A stretch of DNA of 64,000 nucleotides from Nemertoderma westbladi (lineage: Eukaryota; Animalia; Xenacoelomorpha). Below the pieces are notes generated by a model, which made no database searches, was not told where the DNA came from, and saw only the letters and a list, made by a program, of their open reading frames with translations. This document shows positions 36,001 through 49,747 of this stretch, piece by piece. Every line of letters begins with the position of its first letter. The first letter of the stretch is position 1. The stretch is from positions 68,710 through 132,709 of the forward strand of contig JAUCBJ010000488.1 in NCBI GenBank assembly GCA_032718475.1. Direction: 5' to 3'. The translations under genes were made by a program, and so were the position numbers.

Positions 36001-39000
36001 GTCAGGGTGGTACAAGTAAAATAAAGTTAGCGGTGTCAGAGTCAGGGTGGTACAAGTAAAATAAAGTTAGCGGTGTCAGAGTCAGGGTGGTACAAGTAAA
36101 ATAAAGTTAGCGGTGTCAGAGTCAGGGTGGTACAAGTAAAATAAAGTTAGCGGTGTCAGGGTGGTATAAGTAAAATAAAGTTAGCGGTGTCAGAGTCAGG
36201 GTGGTACAAGTAAAACAAAGTTAGCGGTGTCAGTGTCAGGGTGGTACAAGTAAAATAAAGTTAGCGGTGTCAGTGTCAGGGTGGTACAAGTAAAATAAAG
36301 TTAGCGGTGTCAGAGTCAGGGTGGTACAAGTAAAATAAAGTTAGCGGTGTCAGAGTCAGGGTGGTACAAGTAAAATAAAGTTAGCGGTGTCAGAGTCAGG
36401 GTGGTACAAGTAAAATAAAGTTAGCGGTGTCAGAGTCAGGGTGGTACAAGTAAAATAAAGTTAGCGGTGTCAGAGTCAGGGTGGTACAAGTAAAATAAAG
36501 TTAGCGGTGTCAGGGTGGTATAAGTAAAATAAAGTTAGCGGTGTCAGAGTCAGGGTGGTACAAATAAAACAAAGTTAGCGGTGTCAGTGTCAGGGTGGTA
36601 CAAGTAAAATAAAGTTAGCGGTGTCAGGGTCAGGGAAGTACAAGTAAAAGAAACTTAGCGGTGTCAGGGTGGTACAAGTAAAATAAAGGTAGCGGTGTCA
36701 ATGTCAGGGTGGTAGAAGTAAAATAAAGTTAGCGGTGTCAGTGTCAGGGTGGTACAAGTAAAATAAAGTTAGCGGTGTCAGTGTCAGGGTGGTACAAGTA
36801 AAATAAAGTTAGCGGTGTCAGAGTCAGGGTGGTACAAGTAAAATAAAGTTAGCGGTGTCAGGGTGGTACAAGTAAAACAAAGTTAGCGGTGTCAGTTTCA
36901 GGGTGGTACAAGTAAAATAAAGTTAGCGGTGTCAGTGTCAGGGTGGTACAAGTAAAATAAAGTTAGCGGTGTCAGAGTCAGGGTGGTACAAGTAAAATAA
37001 AGTTAGCGGTGTCAGGGTGGTACAAGTAAAATAAAGTTAGCGGTGTCAGAGTCAGGGTGGTACAAGTAAAATAAAGTTAGCGGTGTCAGGGTGGTACAAG
37101 TAAAACAAAGTTAGCGGTGTCAGTGTCAGGGTGGTACAAGTAAAATAAAGTTAGCGGTGTCAGTGTCAGGGTGGTACAAGTAAAATAAAGTTAGCGGTGT
37201 CAGAGTCAGGGTGGTACAAGTAAAATAAAGTTAGCGGTGTCAGGGTGGTACAAGTAAAACAAAGTTAGCGGTGTCAGAGTCAGGGTGGTACAAGTAAAAT
37301 AAAGTTAGCGGTGTCAGTGTCAGGGTGGTACAAGTAAAATAAAGTTAGCGTTTCAGTGTCAGGGTGGTACAAGTAAAATAAAGTTAGCGGTGTCAGTGTC
37401 AGGGTGGTACAAGTAAAAAAAGTTAGCGGTGTCAGGCTGGTATAAGTAATATGAAGTTAGCGGTGTCAGAGTGGTACAGGTAAAATAAAGTTAGCGGTGT
37501 CAGGGTGGTACAAGTAAAACAAAGTTAGCGGTGTCAGAGTCAGGGTGGTACAAGTAAAATAAAGTTAGCGGTGTCAGAGTCAGGGTGGTACAAGTAAAAT
37601 AAAGTTAGCGGTGTCAGAGTCAGGGTGGTAAAAGTAAAATAAAGTTAGCGGTGTTAGAGTCAGGGTGGTACAAGTAAAATAAAGTTAGCGGTGTCAGAGT
37701 TAGGGTGGAACAAGTAAAATAAAGTTAGCGGTGTCAGAGTCAGGGTGGTACAAGTAAAATAAAGTTAGCGGTGTCAGAGTCAGGGTGGTACAAGTAAAAT
37801 AAAGTTAGCGGTGTCAGAGTTAGGGTGGTACAAGTAAAATAAAGTTAGCGGTGTCAGAGTCAGGGTGGTACAAGTAAAATAATGTTAGCGATGTCAGAGT
37901 CAGGGTGGTACAAGTAAAATAAAGTTAGCGTGTCAGTGTCAGGGTGGTACAAGTAAAATAAAGTTAGCGGTGTCAGAGTCAGGGTGGTACAAGTAAAATA
38001 AAGTTAGCGGTGTCAGAGTCAGGGTGGTACAAGTAAAATAAAGTTAGCGGTGTCAGAGTCAGGGTGGTACAAGTAAAATAAAGTTAGCGGTGTCAGGGTG
38101 GTATAAGTAAAATAAAGTTAGCGGTGTCAGAGTCAGGGTGGTACAAGTAAAACAAAGTTAGCGGTGTCAGAGTCAGGGTGGTACAAGTAAAACAAAGTTA
38201 GCGGTGTCAGTGTCAGGGTGGTACAAGTAAAATAAAGTTAGCGGTGTCAGAGTCAGGGTGGTACAAGTAAAATAAAGTTAGCGGTGTCAGAGTCAGGGTG
38301 GTACAAGTAAAAGAAACTTAGCGGTGTCAGGGTAGTACAAGTAAAATAAAGGTAGCGGTGTCAGTGTCAGGGTGGTAGAAGTAAAATAAAGTTAGCGGTG
38401 TCAGTGTCAGGGTGGTACAAGTAAAATAAAGTTAGCGGTGTCAGTGTCAGGGTGGTACAAGTAAAATAAAGTTAGCGGTGTCAGAGTCAGGGTGGTACAA
38501 GTAAAATAAAGTTAGCGGTGTCAGGGTGGTACAAGTAAAAGAAAGTTAGCGGTGTCAGTGTCAGGGTGGTACAAGTAAAATAAAGTTAGCGGTGTCAGAG
38601 TCAGGGTGGTACAAGTAAAACAAAGTTAGCGGTATCAGAGTCAGGGTGGTACAAGTAAAATAAAGTTAGCGGTGTCAGAGTCAGGGTGGTACAAGTAAAA
38701 TAAAGTTAGCGGTGTCAGGGTGGTATAAGTAAAATAAAGTTAGCGGTGTCAGTGTCAGGGTGGTACAAGTAAAATAAAGTTAGCGGTGTCAGGGTGGTAC
38801 AAGTAAAATAAAGTTAGCGGTGTCAGGGTGGTACAAGTAAAATAAAGGTAGCGGTGTCAGTGTCAGGGTGGTAGAAGTAAAATAAAGTTAGCGGTGTCAG
38901 TGTCAGGGTGGTACAAGTAAAATAAAGTTAGCGGTGTCAGTGTCAGGGTGGTACAAGTAAAATAAAGTTAGCGGTGTCAGAGTCAGGGTGGTACAAGTAA

Positions 39001-42000
39001 AATAAAGTTAGCGGTGTCAGGGTGGTACAAGTAAAACAAAGTTAGCGGTGTCAGTGTCAGGGTGGTACAAGTAAAATAAAGTTAGCGGTGTCAGGGTGGT
39101 ACAAGTAAAACAAAGTTAGCGGTGTCAGAGTCAGGGTGGTACAAGTAAAACAAAGTTAGCGGTATCAGAGTCAGGGTGGTACAAGTAAAATAAAGTTAGC
39201 GGTGTCAGAGTCAGGGTGGTAGAAGTAAAATAAAGTTAGCGGTGTCAGGGTGGTACAAGTAAAATAAAGGTAGCGGTGTCAGTGTCAGGGTGGTAGAAGT
39301 AAAATAAAGTTAGCGGTGTCAGTGTCAGGGTGGTACAAGTAAAATAAAGTTAGCGGTGTCAGTGTCAGGGTGGTACAAGTAAAATAAAGTTAGCGGTGTC
39401 AGAGTCAGGGTGGTACAAGTAAAATAAAGTTAGCGGTGTCAGAGTCAGGGTGGTACAAGTAAAATAAAGTTAGCGGTGTCAGAGTTAGGGTGGTACAAGT
39501 AAAATAAAGTTAGCGGTGTCAGAGTCAGGGTGGTACAAGTAAAATAATGTTAGCGATGTCAGAGTCAGGGTGGTACAAGTAAAATAAAGTTAGCGTGTCA
39601 GTGTCAGGGTGGTACAAGTAAAATAAAGTTAGCGGTGTCAGAGTCAGGGTGGTACAAGTAAAATAAAGTTAGCGGTGTCAGAGTCAGGGTGGTACAAGTA
39701 AAATAAAGTTAGCGGTGTCAGAGTCAGGGTGGTACAAGTAAAATAAAGTTAGCGGTGTCAGGGTGGTATAAGTAAAATAAAGTTAGCGGTGTCAGAGTCA
39801 GGGTGGTACAAGTAAAACAAAGTTAGCGGTGTCAGTGTCAGGGTGGTACAAGTAAAATAAAGTTAGCGGTGTCAGTGTCAGGGTGGTACAAGTAAAATAA
39901 AGTTAGCGGTGTCAGTGTCAGGGTGGTACAAGTAAAATAAAGTTAGCGGTGTCAGGGTGGTACAAGTAAAACAAAGTTAGCGGTGTCAGAGTCAGGGTGG
40001 TACAAGTAAAATAAAGTTAGCGGTGTCAGAGTCAGGGCGGTACAAGTAAAATAAAGTTAGCGGTGTCAGGGTGGTACAAGTAAAACAAAGTTAGCGGTGT
40101 CAGAGACAGGGTGGTACAAGTAAAATAAAGTTAGCGGTGTCAGAGTCAGGGTGGTACAAGTAAAATAAAGTTAGCGTGTCAGAGTCAGGGTGGTACAAGT
40201 AAAATAAAGTTAGCGGTGTCAGTGTCAGGGTGGTACAAGTAAAATAAAGTTAGCGGTGTCAGAGTCAGGGTGGTACAAGTAAAATAAAGTTAGCGGTGTC
40301 AGAGTCAGGGTGGTACAAGTAAAATAAAGTTAGCGTGTCAGAGTCAGGGTGGTACAAGTAAAATAAGGTTAGCGGTGTCAGTGTCAGGGTGGTACAAGTA
40401 AAATAAAGTTAGCGCTGTCAGTGTCAGGGTGGTACAAGTAAAATAAAGTTAGCGGTGTCAGTGTCAGGGTGGTACAAGTAAAATAAAGTTAGCGGTGTCA
40501 GGGTGGTACAAGTAAAATAAAGTTAGCGGTGTCAGTGTCAGGGTGGTACAAGTAAAATAAAGTTAGCGGTGTCAGGGTGGTACAAGTAAAACAAAGTTAG
40601 CGGTGTCAGAGTCAGGGTGGTACAAGTAAAATAAAGTTAGCGGTGTCAGAGTCAGGGCGGTACAAGTAAAATAAAGTTAGCGGTGTCAGGGTGGTACAAG
40701 TAAAACAAAGTTAGCGGTGTCAGAGACAGGGTGGTACAAGTAAAATAAAGTTAGCGGTGTCAGAGTCAGGGTGGTACAAGTAAAATAAAGTTAGCGTGTT
40801 AGAGTCAGGGTGGTACAAGTAAAATAAAGTTAGCGGTGTCAGTGTCAGGGTGGTAGAAGTAAAATAAAGTTAGCGGTGTCAGAGTCAGGGTGGTACAAGT
40901 AAAATAAAGTTAGCGTGTCAGAGTCAGGGTGGTACAAGTAAAATAAAGTTAGCGGTGTCAGTGTCAGGGTGGTACAAGTAAAATAAAGTTAGCGCTGTCA
41001 GTGTCAGGGTGGTACAAGTAAAATAAAGTTAGCGGTGTCAGTGTCAGGGTGGTACAAGTAAAATAAATTTAGCGGTGTCAGAGTTAGGGTGGTACAAGTA
41101 AAACAAAGTTAGCGGTGTCAGAGTCAGGGTGGTACAAGTAAAATAAAGTTAGCGGTGTCAGAGTCAGGGTGGTACAAGTAAAACAAAGTTAGCGGTGTCA
41201 GTGTCAGGGTGGTACAAGTAAAATAAAGTTAGCGGTGTCAGAGTCAGGGTGGTACAAGTAAAATAAAGTTAGCGGTGTCAGGGTGGTACAAGTAAAATAA
41301 AGTTAGCGGTGTCAGAGTCAGGGTGGTACAAGTAAAATAAAGTTAGCGGTGTCAGGGTGGTACAAGTAAAACAAAGTTAGCGGTGTCAGAGTCAGGGTGG
41401 TACAAGTAAAATAAAGTTAGCGGTGTCAGTGTCAGGGTGGTACAAGTAAAATAAAGTTAGCGGTGTCAGAGTCAGGGTGGTACAAGTAAAATAAAGTTAG
41501 CGGTGTCAGGGTGGTACAAGTAAAATAAAGTTAGCGGTGTCAGAGTCAGGGTGGTACAAGTAAAATAAAGTTAGCGGTGTCAGGGTGGTACAAGTAAAAC
41601 AAAGTCAGCGGTGTCAGAGTCAGGGTGGTACAAGTAAAATAAAGTTAGCGGTGTCAGTGTCAGGGTGGTACAAGTAAAATAAAGTTAGCGTTTCAGTGTC
41701 AGGGTGGTACAAGTAAAATAAAGTTAGCGGTGTCAGTGTCAGGGTGGTACAAGTAAAATAAAGTTAGCGGTGTCAGGGTGGTATAAGTAATATGAAGTTA
41801 GCGGTGTCAGAGTGGTACAGGTAAAACAAAGTTAGCGGTGTCAGGGTGGTACAAGTAAAATAAAGTTAGCGGTGTCAGAGTTAGGGTGGAACAAGTAAAA
41901 TAAAGTTAGCGGTGTCAGAGTCAGGGTGGTACAAGTAAAATAAAGTTAGCGGTATCAGAGTCAGGGTGGTACAAGTAAAATAAAGTTAGCGGTGTCAGAG

Positions 42001-45000
42001 TCAGGGTGGTACAAGTAAAATAAAGTTAGCGGTGTCAGAGTTAGGGTGGTAAAAGTAAAATAAAGTTAGCGGTGTCAGAGTCAGGGTGGTACAAGTAAAA
42101 TAAAGTTAGCGGTGTCAGAGTTAGGGTGGAACAAGTAAAATAAAGTTAGCGGTGTCAGAGTCAGGGTGGTACAAGTAAAATAAAGTTAGCGGTGTCAGAG
42201 TCAGGGTGGTACAAGTAAAATAAAGTTAGCGGTGTCAGAGTTAGGGTGGTACAAGTAAAATAAAGTTAGCGGTGTCAGAGTTAGGGTGGTACAAGTAAAA
42301 TAATGTTAGCGATGTCAGAGTCAGGGTGGTACAAGTAAAATAAAGTTAGCGTGTCAGTGTCAGGGTGGTACAAGTAAAATAAAGTTAGCGGTGTCAGAGT
42401 CAGGGTGGTACAAGTAAAATAAAGTTAGCGGTGTCAGAGTCAGGGTGGTACAAGTAAAATAAAGTTAGCGGTGTCAGAGTCAGGGTGGTACAAGTAAAAT
42501 AAAGTTAGCGGTGTCAGGGTGGTATAAGTAAAATAAAGTTAGCGGTGTCAGAGTCAGGGTGGTACAAGTAAAACAAAGTTAGCGGTGTCAGTGTCAGGGT
42601 GGTACAAGTAAAATAAAGTTAGCGGTGTCAGTGTCAGGGTGGTACAAGTAAAATAAAGTTAGCGGTGTCAGAGTCAGGGTGGTACAAGTAAAATAAAGTT
42701 AGCGGTGTCAGAGTCAGGGTGGTACAAGTAAAATAAAGTTAGCGGTGTCAGAGTCAGGGTGGTACAAGTAAAATAAAGTTAGCGGTGTCAGAGTCAGGGT
42801 GGTACAAGTAAAATAAAGTTAGCGGTGTCAGAGTCAGGGTGGTACAAGTAAAATAAAGTTAGCGGTGTCAGGGTGGTATAAGTAAAATAAAGTTAGCGGT
42901 GTCAGAGTCAGGGTGGTACAAATAAAACAAAGTTAGCGGTGTCAGTGTCAGGGTGGTACAAGTAAAATAAAGTTAGCGGTGTCAGGGTCAGGGAAGTACA
43001 AGTAAAAGAAACTTAGCGGTGTCAGGGTGGTACAAGTAAAATAAAGGTAGCGGTGTCAATGTCAGGGTGGTAGAAGTAAAATAAAGTTAGCGGTGTCAGT
43101 GTCAGGGTGGTACAAGTAAAATAAAGTTAGCGGTGTCAGTGTCAGGGTGGTACAAGTAAAATAAAGTTAGCGGTGTCAGAGTCAGGGTGGTACAAGTAAA
43201 ATAAAGTTAGCGGTGTCAGGGTGGTACAAGTAAAACAAAGTTAGCGGTGTCAGTGTCAGGGTGGTACAAGTAAAATAAAGTTAGCGGTGTCAGTGTCAGG
43301 GTGGTACAAGTAAAATAAAGTTAGCGGTGTCAGAGTCAGGGTGGTACAAGTAAAATAAAGTTAGCGGTGTCAGGGTGGTACAAGTAAAATAAAGTTAGCG
43401 GTGTCAGAGTCAGGGTGGTACAAGTAAAATAAAGTTAGCGGTGTCAGGGTGGTACAAGTAAAACAAAGTTAGCGGTGTCAGTGTCAGGGTGGTACAAGTA
43501 AAATAAAGTTAGCGGTGTCAGTGTCAGGGTGGTACAAGTAAAATAAAGTTAGCGGTGTCAGAGTCAGGGTGGTACAAGTAAAATAAAGTTAGCGGTGTCA
43601 GGGTGGTACAAGTAAAACAAAGTTAGCGGTGTCAGAGTCAGGGTGGTACAAGTAAAATAAAGTTAGCGGTGTCAGTGTCAGGGTGGTACAAGTAAAATAA
43701 AGTTAGCGTTTCAGTGTCAGGGTGGTACAAGTAAAATAAAGTTAGCGGTGTCAGTGTCAGTCAGGGTGGTACAAGTAAAATAAAGTTAGCGGTGTCAGGG
43801 TGGTATAAGTAAAATAAAGTTAGCGGTGTCAGAGTCAGGGTGGTACAAGTAAAACAAAGTTAGCGGTGTCAGAGTCAGGGTGGTACAAGTAAAACAAAGT
43901 TAGCGGTGTCAGTGTCAGGGTGGTACAAGTAAAATAAAGTTAGCGGTGTCAGAGTCAGGGTGGTACAAGTAAAATAAAGTTAGCGGTGTCAGAGTCAGGG
44001 TGGTACAAGTAAAAGAAACTTAGCGGTGTCAGGGTAGTACAAGTAAAATAAAGGTAGCGGTGTCAGTGTCAGGGTGGTAGAAGTAAAATAAAGTTAGCGG
44101 TGTCAGTGTCAGGGTGGTACAAGTAAAATAAAGTTAGCGGTGTCAGTGTCAGGGTGGTACAAGTAAAATAAAGTTAGCGGTGTCAGAGTCAGGGTGGTAC
44201 AAGTAAAATAAAGTTAGCGGTGTCAGGGTGGTACAAGTAAAAGAAAGTTAGCGGTGTCAGTGTCAGGGTGGTACAAGTAAAATAAAGTTAGCGGTGTCAG
44301 AGTCAGGGTGGTACAAGTAAAACAAAGTTAGCGGTATCAGAGTCAGGGTGGTACAAGTAAAATAAAGTTAGCGGTGTCAGAGTCAGGGTGGTACAAGTAA
44401 AATAAAGTTAGCGGTGTCAGGGTGGTATAAGTAAAATAAAGTTAGCGGTGTCAGTGTCAGGGTGGTACAAGTAAAATAAAGTTAGCGGTGTCAGGGTGGT
44501 ACAAGTAAAATAAAGTTAGCGGTGTCAGGGTGGTACAAGTAAAATAAAGGTAGCGGTGTCAGTGTCAGGGTGGTAGAAGTAAAATAAAGTTAGCGGTGTC
44601 AGTGTCAGGGTGGTACAAGTAAAATAAAGTTAGCGGTGTCAGTGTCAGGGTGGTACAAGTAAAATAAAGTTAGCGGTGTCAGAGTCAGGGTGGTACAAGT
44701 AAAATAAAGTTAGCGGTGTCAGGGTGGTACAAGTAAAACAAAGTTAGCGGTGTCAGTGTCAGGGTGGTACAAGTAAAATAAAGTTAGCGGTGTCAGGGTG
44801 GTACAAGTAAAACAAAGTTAGCGGTGTCAGAGTCAGGGTGGTACAAGTAAAACAAAGTTAGCGGTATCAGAGTCAGGGTGGTACAAGTAAAATAAAGTTA
44901 GCGGTGTCAGAGTCAGGGTGGTAGAAGTAAAATAAAGTTAGCGGTGTCAGGGTGGGACAAGTAAAATAAAGGTAGCGGTGTCAGTGTCAGGGTGGTAGAA

Positions 45001-48000
45001 GTAAAATAAAGTTAGCGGTGTCAGTGTCAGGGTGGTACAAGTAAAATAAAGTTAGCGGTGTCAGTGTCAGGGTGGTACAAGTAAAATAAAGTTAGCGGTG
45101 TCAGAGTCAGGGTGGTACAAGTAAAATAAAGTTAGCGGTGTCAGAGTCAGGGTGGTACAAGTAAAATAAAGTTAGCGGTGTCAGAGTTAGGGTGGTACAA
45201 GTAAAATAAAGTTAGCGGTGTCAGAGTCAGGGTGGTACAAGTAAAATAATGTTAGCGATGTCAGAGTCAGGGTGGTACAAGTAAAATAAAGTTAGCGTGT
45301 CAGTGTCAGGGTGGTACAAGTAAAATAAAGTTAGCGGTGTCAGAGTCAGGGTGGTACAAGTAAAATAAAGTTAGCGGTGTCAGAGTCAGGGTGGTACAAG
45401 TAAAATAAAGTTAGCGGTGTCAGAGTCAGGGTGGTACAAGTAAAATAAAGTTAGCGGTGTCAGAGTCAGGGTGGTACAAGTAAAATAAAGTTAGCGGTGT
45501 CAGAGTCAGGGTGGTACAAGTAAAATAAAGTTAGCGGTGTCAGGGTGGTATAAGTAAAATAAAGTTAGCGGTGTCAGAGTCAGGGTGGTACAAGTAAAAC
45601 AAAGTTAGCGGTGTCAGTGTCAGGGTGGTACAAGTAAAATAAAGTTAGCGGTGTCAGTGTCAGGGTGGTACAAGTAAAATAAAGTTAGCGGTGTCAGAGT
45701 CAGGGTGGTACAAGTAAAATAAAGTTAGCGGTGTCAGAGTCAGGGTGGTACAAGTAAAATAAAGTTAGCGGTGTCAGAGTCAGGGTGGTACAAGTAAAAT
45801 AAAGTTAGCGGTGTCAGAGTCAGGGTGGTACAAGTAAAATAAAGTTAGCGGTGTCAGAGTCAGGGTGGTACAAGTAAAATAAAGTTAGCGGTGTCAGGGT
45901 GGTATAAGTAAAATAAAGTTAGCGGTGTCAGAGTCAGGGTGGTACAAGTAAAATAAAGTTAGCGGTGTCAGAGTCAGGGTGGTACAAGTAAAATAAAGTT
46001 AGCGGTGTCAGGGTGGTATAAGTAAAATAAAGTTAGCGGTGTCAGAGTCAGGGTGGTACAAGTAAAATAAAGTTAGCGGTGTCAGAGTCAGGGTGGTACA
46101 AGTAAAATAAAGTTAGCGGTGTCAGAGTCAGGGTGGTACAAGTAAAATAAAGTTAGCGGTGTCAGGGTGGTATAAGTAAAATAAAGTTAGCGGTGTCAGA
46201 GTCAGGGTGGTACAAGTAAAATAAAGTTAGCGGTGTCAGAGTCAGGGTGGTACAAGTAAAATAAAGTTAGCGGTGTCAGAGTCAGGGTGGTACAAGTAAA
46301 ATAAAGTTAGCGGTGTCAGAGTCAGGGTGGTACAAGTAAAATAAAGTTAGCGGTGTCAGGGTGGTATAAGTAAAATAAAGGTAGCGGTGTCAGTGTCAGG
46401 GTGGTACAAGTAAAATAAAGTTAGCGGTGTCAGTGTCAGGGTGGTACAAGTAAAATAAAGTTAGCGGTGTCAGTGTCAGGGTGGTACAAGTAAAATAAAG
46501 TTAGCGGTGTCAGAGTCAGGGTGGTACAAGTAAAATAAAGTTAGCGGTGTCAGTGTCAGGGTGGTACAAGTAAAATAAAGTTAGCGGTGTCAGAGTCAGG
46601 GTGGTACAAGTAAAACAAAGTTAGCGGTATCAGAGTCAGGGTGGTACAAGTAAAATAAAGTTAGCGGTGTCAGGGTGGTATAAGTAAAATAAAGTTAGCG
46701 GTGTCAGTGTCAGGGTGGTACAAGTAAAATAAAGTTAGCGGTGTCAGGGTGGTACAAGTAAAATAAAGTTAGCGGTGTCAGGGTGGTACAAGTAAAATAA
46801 AGGTAGCGGTGTCAGTGTCAGGGTGGTACAAGTAAAATAAAGTTAGCGGTGTCAGAGTCAGGGTGGTACAAGTAAAATAAAGTTAGCGGTGTCAGAGTCA
46901 GGGTGGTACAAGTAAAACAAAGTTAGCGGTATCAGAGTCAGGGTGGTACAAGTAAAATAAAGTTAGCGGTGTCAGGGTGGTATAAGTAAAATAAAGTTAG
47001 CGGTGTCAGTGTCAGGGTGGTACAAGTAAAATAAAGTTAGCGGTGTCAGGGTGGTACAAGTAAAATAAAGTTAGCGGTGTCAGGGTGGTACAAGTAAAAT
47101 AAAGGTAGCGGTGTCAGTGTCAGGGTGGTAGAAGTAAAATAAAGTTAGCGGTGTCAGTGTCAGGGTGGTACAAGTAAAATAAAGTTAGCGGTGTCAGTGT
47201 CAGGGTGGTACAAGTAAAATAAAGTTAGCGGTGTCAGAGTCAGGGTGGTACAAGTAAAATAAAGTTAGCGGTGTCAGGGTGGTACAAGTAAAACAAAGTT
47301 AGCGGTGTCAGTGTCAGGGTGGTACAAGTAAAATAAAGTTAGCGGTGTCAGGGTGGTACAAGTAAAACAAAGTTAGCGGTGTCAGAGTCAGGGTGGTACA
47401 AGTAAAACAAAGTTAGCGGTATCAGAGTCAGGGTGGTACAAGTAAAATAAAGTTAGCGGTGTCAGAGTCAGGGTGGTAGAAGTAAAATAAAGTTAGCGGT
47501 GTCAGGGTGGTACAAGTAAAATAAAGGTAGCGGTGTCAGTGTCAGGGTGGTAGAAGTAAAATAAAGTTAGCGGTGTCAGAGTCAGGGTGGTACAAGTAAA
47601 ATAAAGTTAGCGGTGTCAGTGTCAGGGTGGTACAAGTAAAATAAAGTTAGCGGTGTCAGGGTGGTACAAGTAAAACAAAGTTAGCGGTGTCAGAGTCAGG
47701 GTGGTACAAGTAAAACAAAGTTAGCGGTATCAGTGTCAGGGTGGTAGAAGTAAAATAAAGTTAGCGGTGTCAGAGTCAGGGTGGTACAAGTAAAATAAAG
47801 TTAGCGGTGTCAGTGTCAGGGTGGTACAAGTAAAATAAAGTTAGCGGTGTCAGGGTGGTACAAGTAAAACAAAGTTAGCGGTGTCAGAGTCAGGGTGGTA
47901 CAAGTAAAACAAAGTTAGCGGTATCAGAGTCAGGGTGGTACAAGTAAAATAAAGTTAGCGGTGTCAGAGTCAGGGTGGTACAAGTAAAATAAAGTTAGCG

Positions 48001-49057
48001 TGTCAGTGTCAGGGTGGTACAAGTAAAATAAAGTTAGCGTGTCAGTGTCAGGGTGGTACAAGTAAAATAAAGTTAGCGGTGTCAGAGTCAGGGTGGTACA
48101 AGTAAAATAAAGTTAGCGGTGTCAGAGTCAGGGTGGTACAAGTAAAATAAAGTTAGCGGTGTCAGAGTCAGGGTGGTACAAGTAAAATAAAGTTAGCGGT
48201 GTCAGAGTCAGGGTGGTACAAGTAAAATAAAGTTAGCGTGTCAGTGTCAGGGTGGTACAAGTAAAATAAAGTTAGCGGTGTCAGAGTCAGGGTGGTACAA
48301 GTAAAATAAAGTTAGCGGTGTCAGAGTCAGGGTGGTACAAGTAAAATAAAGTTAGCGGTGTCAGTGTCAGGGTGGTACAAGTAAAAAAATAAAGTTAGCG
48401 GTGTCAGTGTCAGGGTGGTACAAGTAAAATAAAGTTAGCGGTGTCAGTGTCAGGGTGGTACAAGTAAAATAAAGTTAGCGGTGTCAGAGTCAGGGTGGTA
48501 TAAGTAAAATAAAGTTAGCGGTGTCAGAGTCAGGGTGGTACAAGTAAAATAAAGTTAGCGGTGTCAGGGTGGTACAAGTAAAATAAAGTTAGCGGTGTCA
48601 GAGTCAGGGTGGTACAAGTAAAATAAAGTTAGCGGTGTCAGGGTGGTACAAGTAAAATAAAGTTAGCGGTGTCAGAGTCAGGGTGGTACAAGTAAAATAA
48701 AGTTAGCGGTGTCAGAGTTAGGGTGGTACAAGTAAAATAAAGTTAGCGGTGTCAGAGTCAGGGTGGTACAAGTAAAATAAAGTTAGCGGTGTCAGGGTGG
48801 TATAAGTAAAATAAAGTTAGCGGTGTCAGAGTCAGGGTGGTAGAAGTAAAATAAAGTTAGCGGTGTCAGAGTCAGGGTGGTACAAGTAAAATAAAGTTAG
48901 CGGTGTCAGAGTCAGGGTGGTACAAGTAAAATAAAGTTAGCGGTGTCAGAGTCAGGGTGGTACAAGTAAAACGAAGTTAGCGGTGTCAGTGTCAGGGTGG
49001 TACAAGTAAAATAAAGTTAGCGGTGTCAGAGTGAGGGTGGTACAAGTAAAATAAAGT
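1..49057. repeat. Tandem satellite array, 40-bp monomer with 34-bp (one GTCAGW hexamer lost) and 39-bp (GCGG>GCG) variants; roughly 1,250-1,300 monomers (estimate); continues past the left window edge
   Basis: Consensus AAGTAAAATAAAGTTAGCGGTGTCAGAGTCAGGGTGGTAC repeats head-to-tail with no unique spacers and no ORFs in the track. It ends abruptly at ...TACAAGTAAAATAAAGT|GATCGGTATG near 49,057. Confidence 0.99.
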
Positions 49058-49190
49058 GATCGGTATGCTAATAAAGTAAATGGCAGTAATATAATATTTA
49101 TAAAACAGTTTATAGTAATTAAGTAAATCTAATGTATATTAGTAGCAGAATAATTATTATTAACGTTAAATAAACTTATTACTTACTCTA

Positions 49191-49439
<249 letters not shown>

Positions 49440-49543
49440 TTATAGAATTACAGTGTAAAAGTTGTTCTACAACCCGATTAAATAATCATTGCAATAGATC
49501 TTACCGCTTCAATAGAAGTAAGTAAGTAAGGAGTTCATCATAC

Positions 49544-49650
49544 CTGTGCATTTTATTTTTGGAATGGAGATAATCCAACCCAGTTAACGTTTCTTTGCAA
49601 ACAATAGCGATTTGGGATTCGTTGAGTGACCCGGTAACGTGGTAGATATC
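49544..49650 (-). CDS. MAP4K3/5: MAP4K3/5-like kinase, coding exon 3
   Basis: Translates to [35 protein letters not shown](R). Acceptor TTCCAG|, donor AG|GTATGA, phase 2. Confidence 0.93.
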
Positions 49651-49747
49651 CTGGAATTCAGAATAAATACGAAAAAAGTAGAACTAACTAGATAGATACC
49701 GGAAACGACCACCAACCACCAATAGGAAACCGGAAACAACCACCAAC

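Noticed and set aside
1-49057. CRISPR array
   Set aside because: The units are contiguous with no unique spacers, there are no cas genes, and the context is spliceosomal and eukaryotic.
1-49057. True telomere at the left edge
   Set aside because: TTAGGG occurs only as isolated variants, and the G-rich strand points toward the genes, the wrong polarity for a left chromosome end.
1-49057. Repeat-encoded protein
   Set aside because: Each monomer contains stop triplets on both strands, the 40-bp period shifts frame, and the ORF track is empty here.
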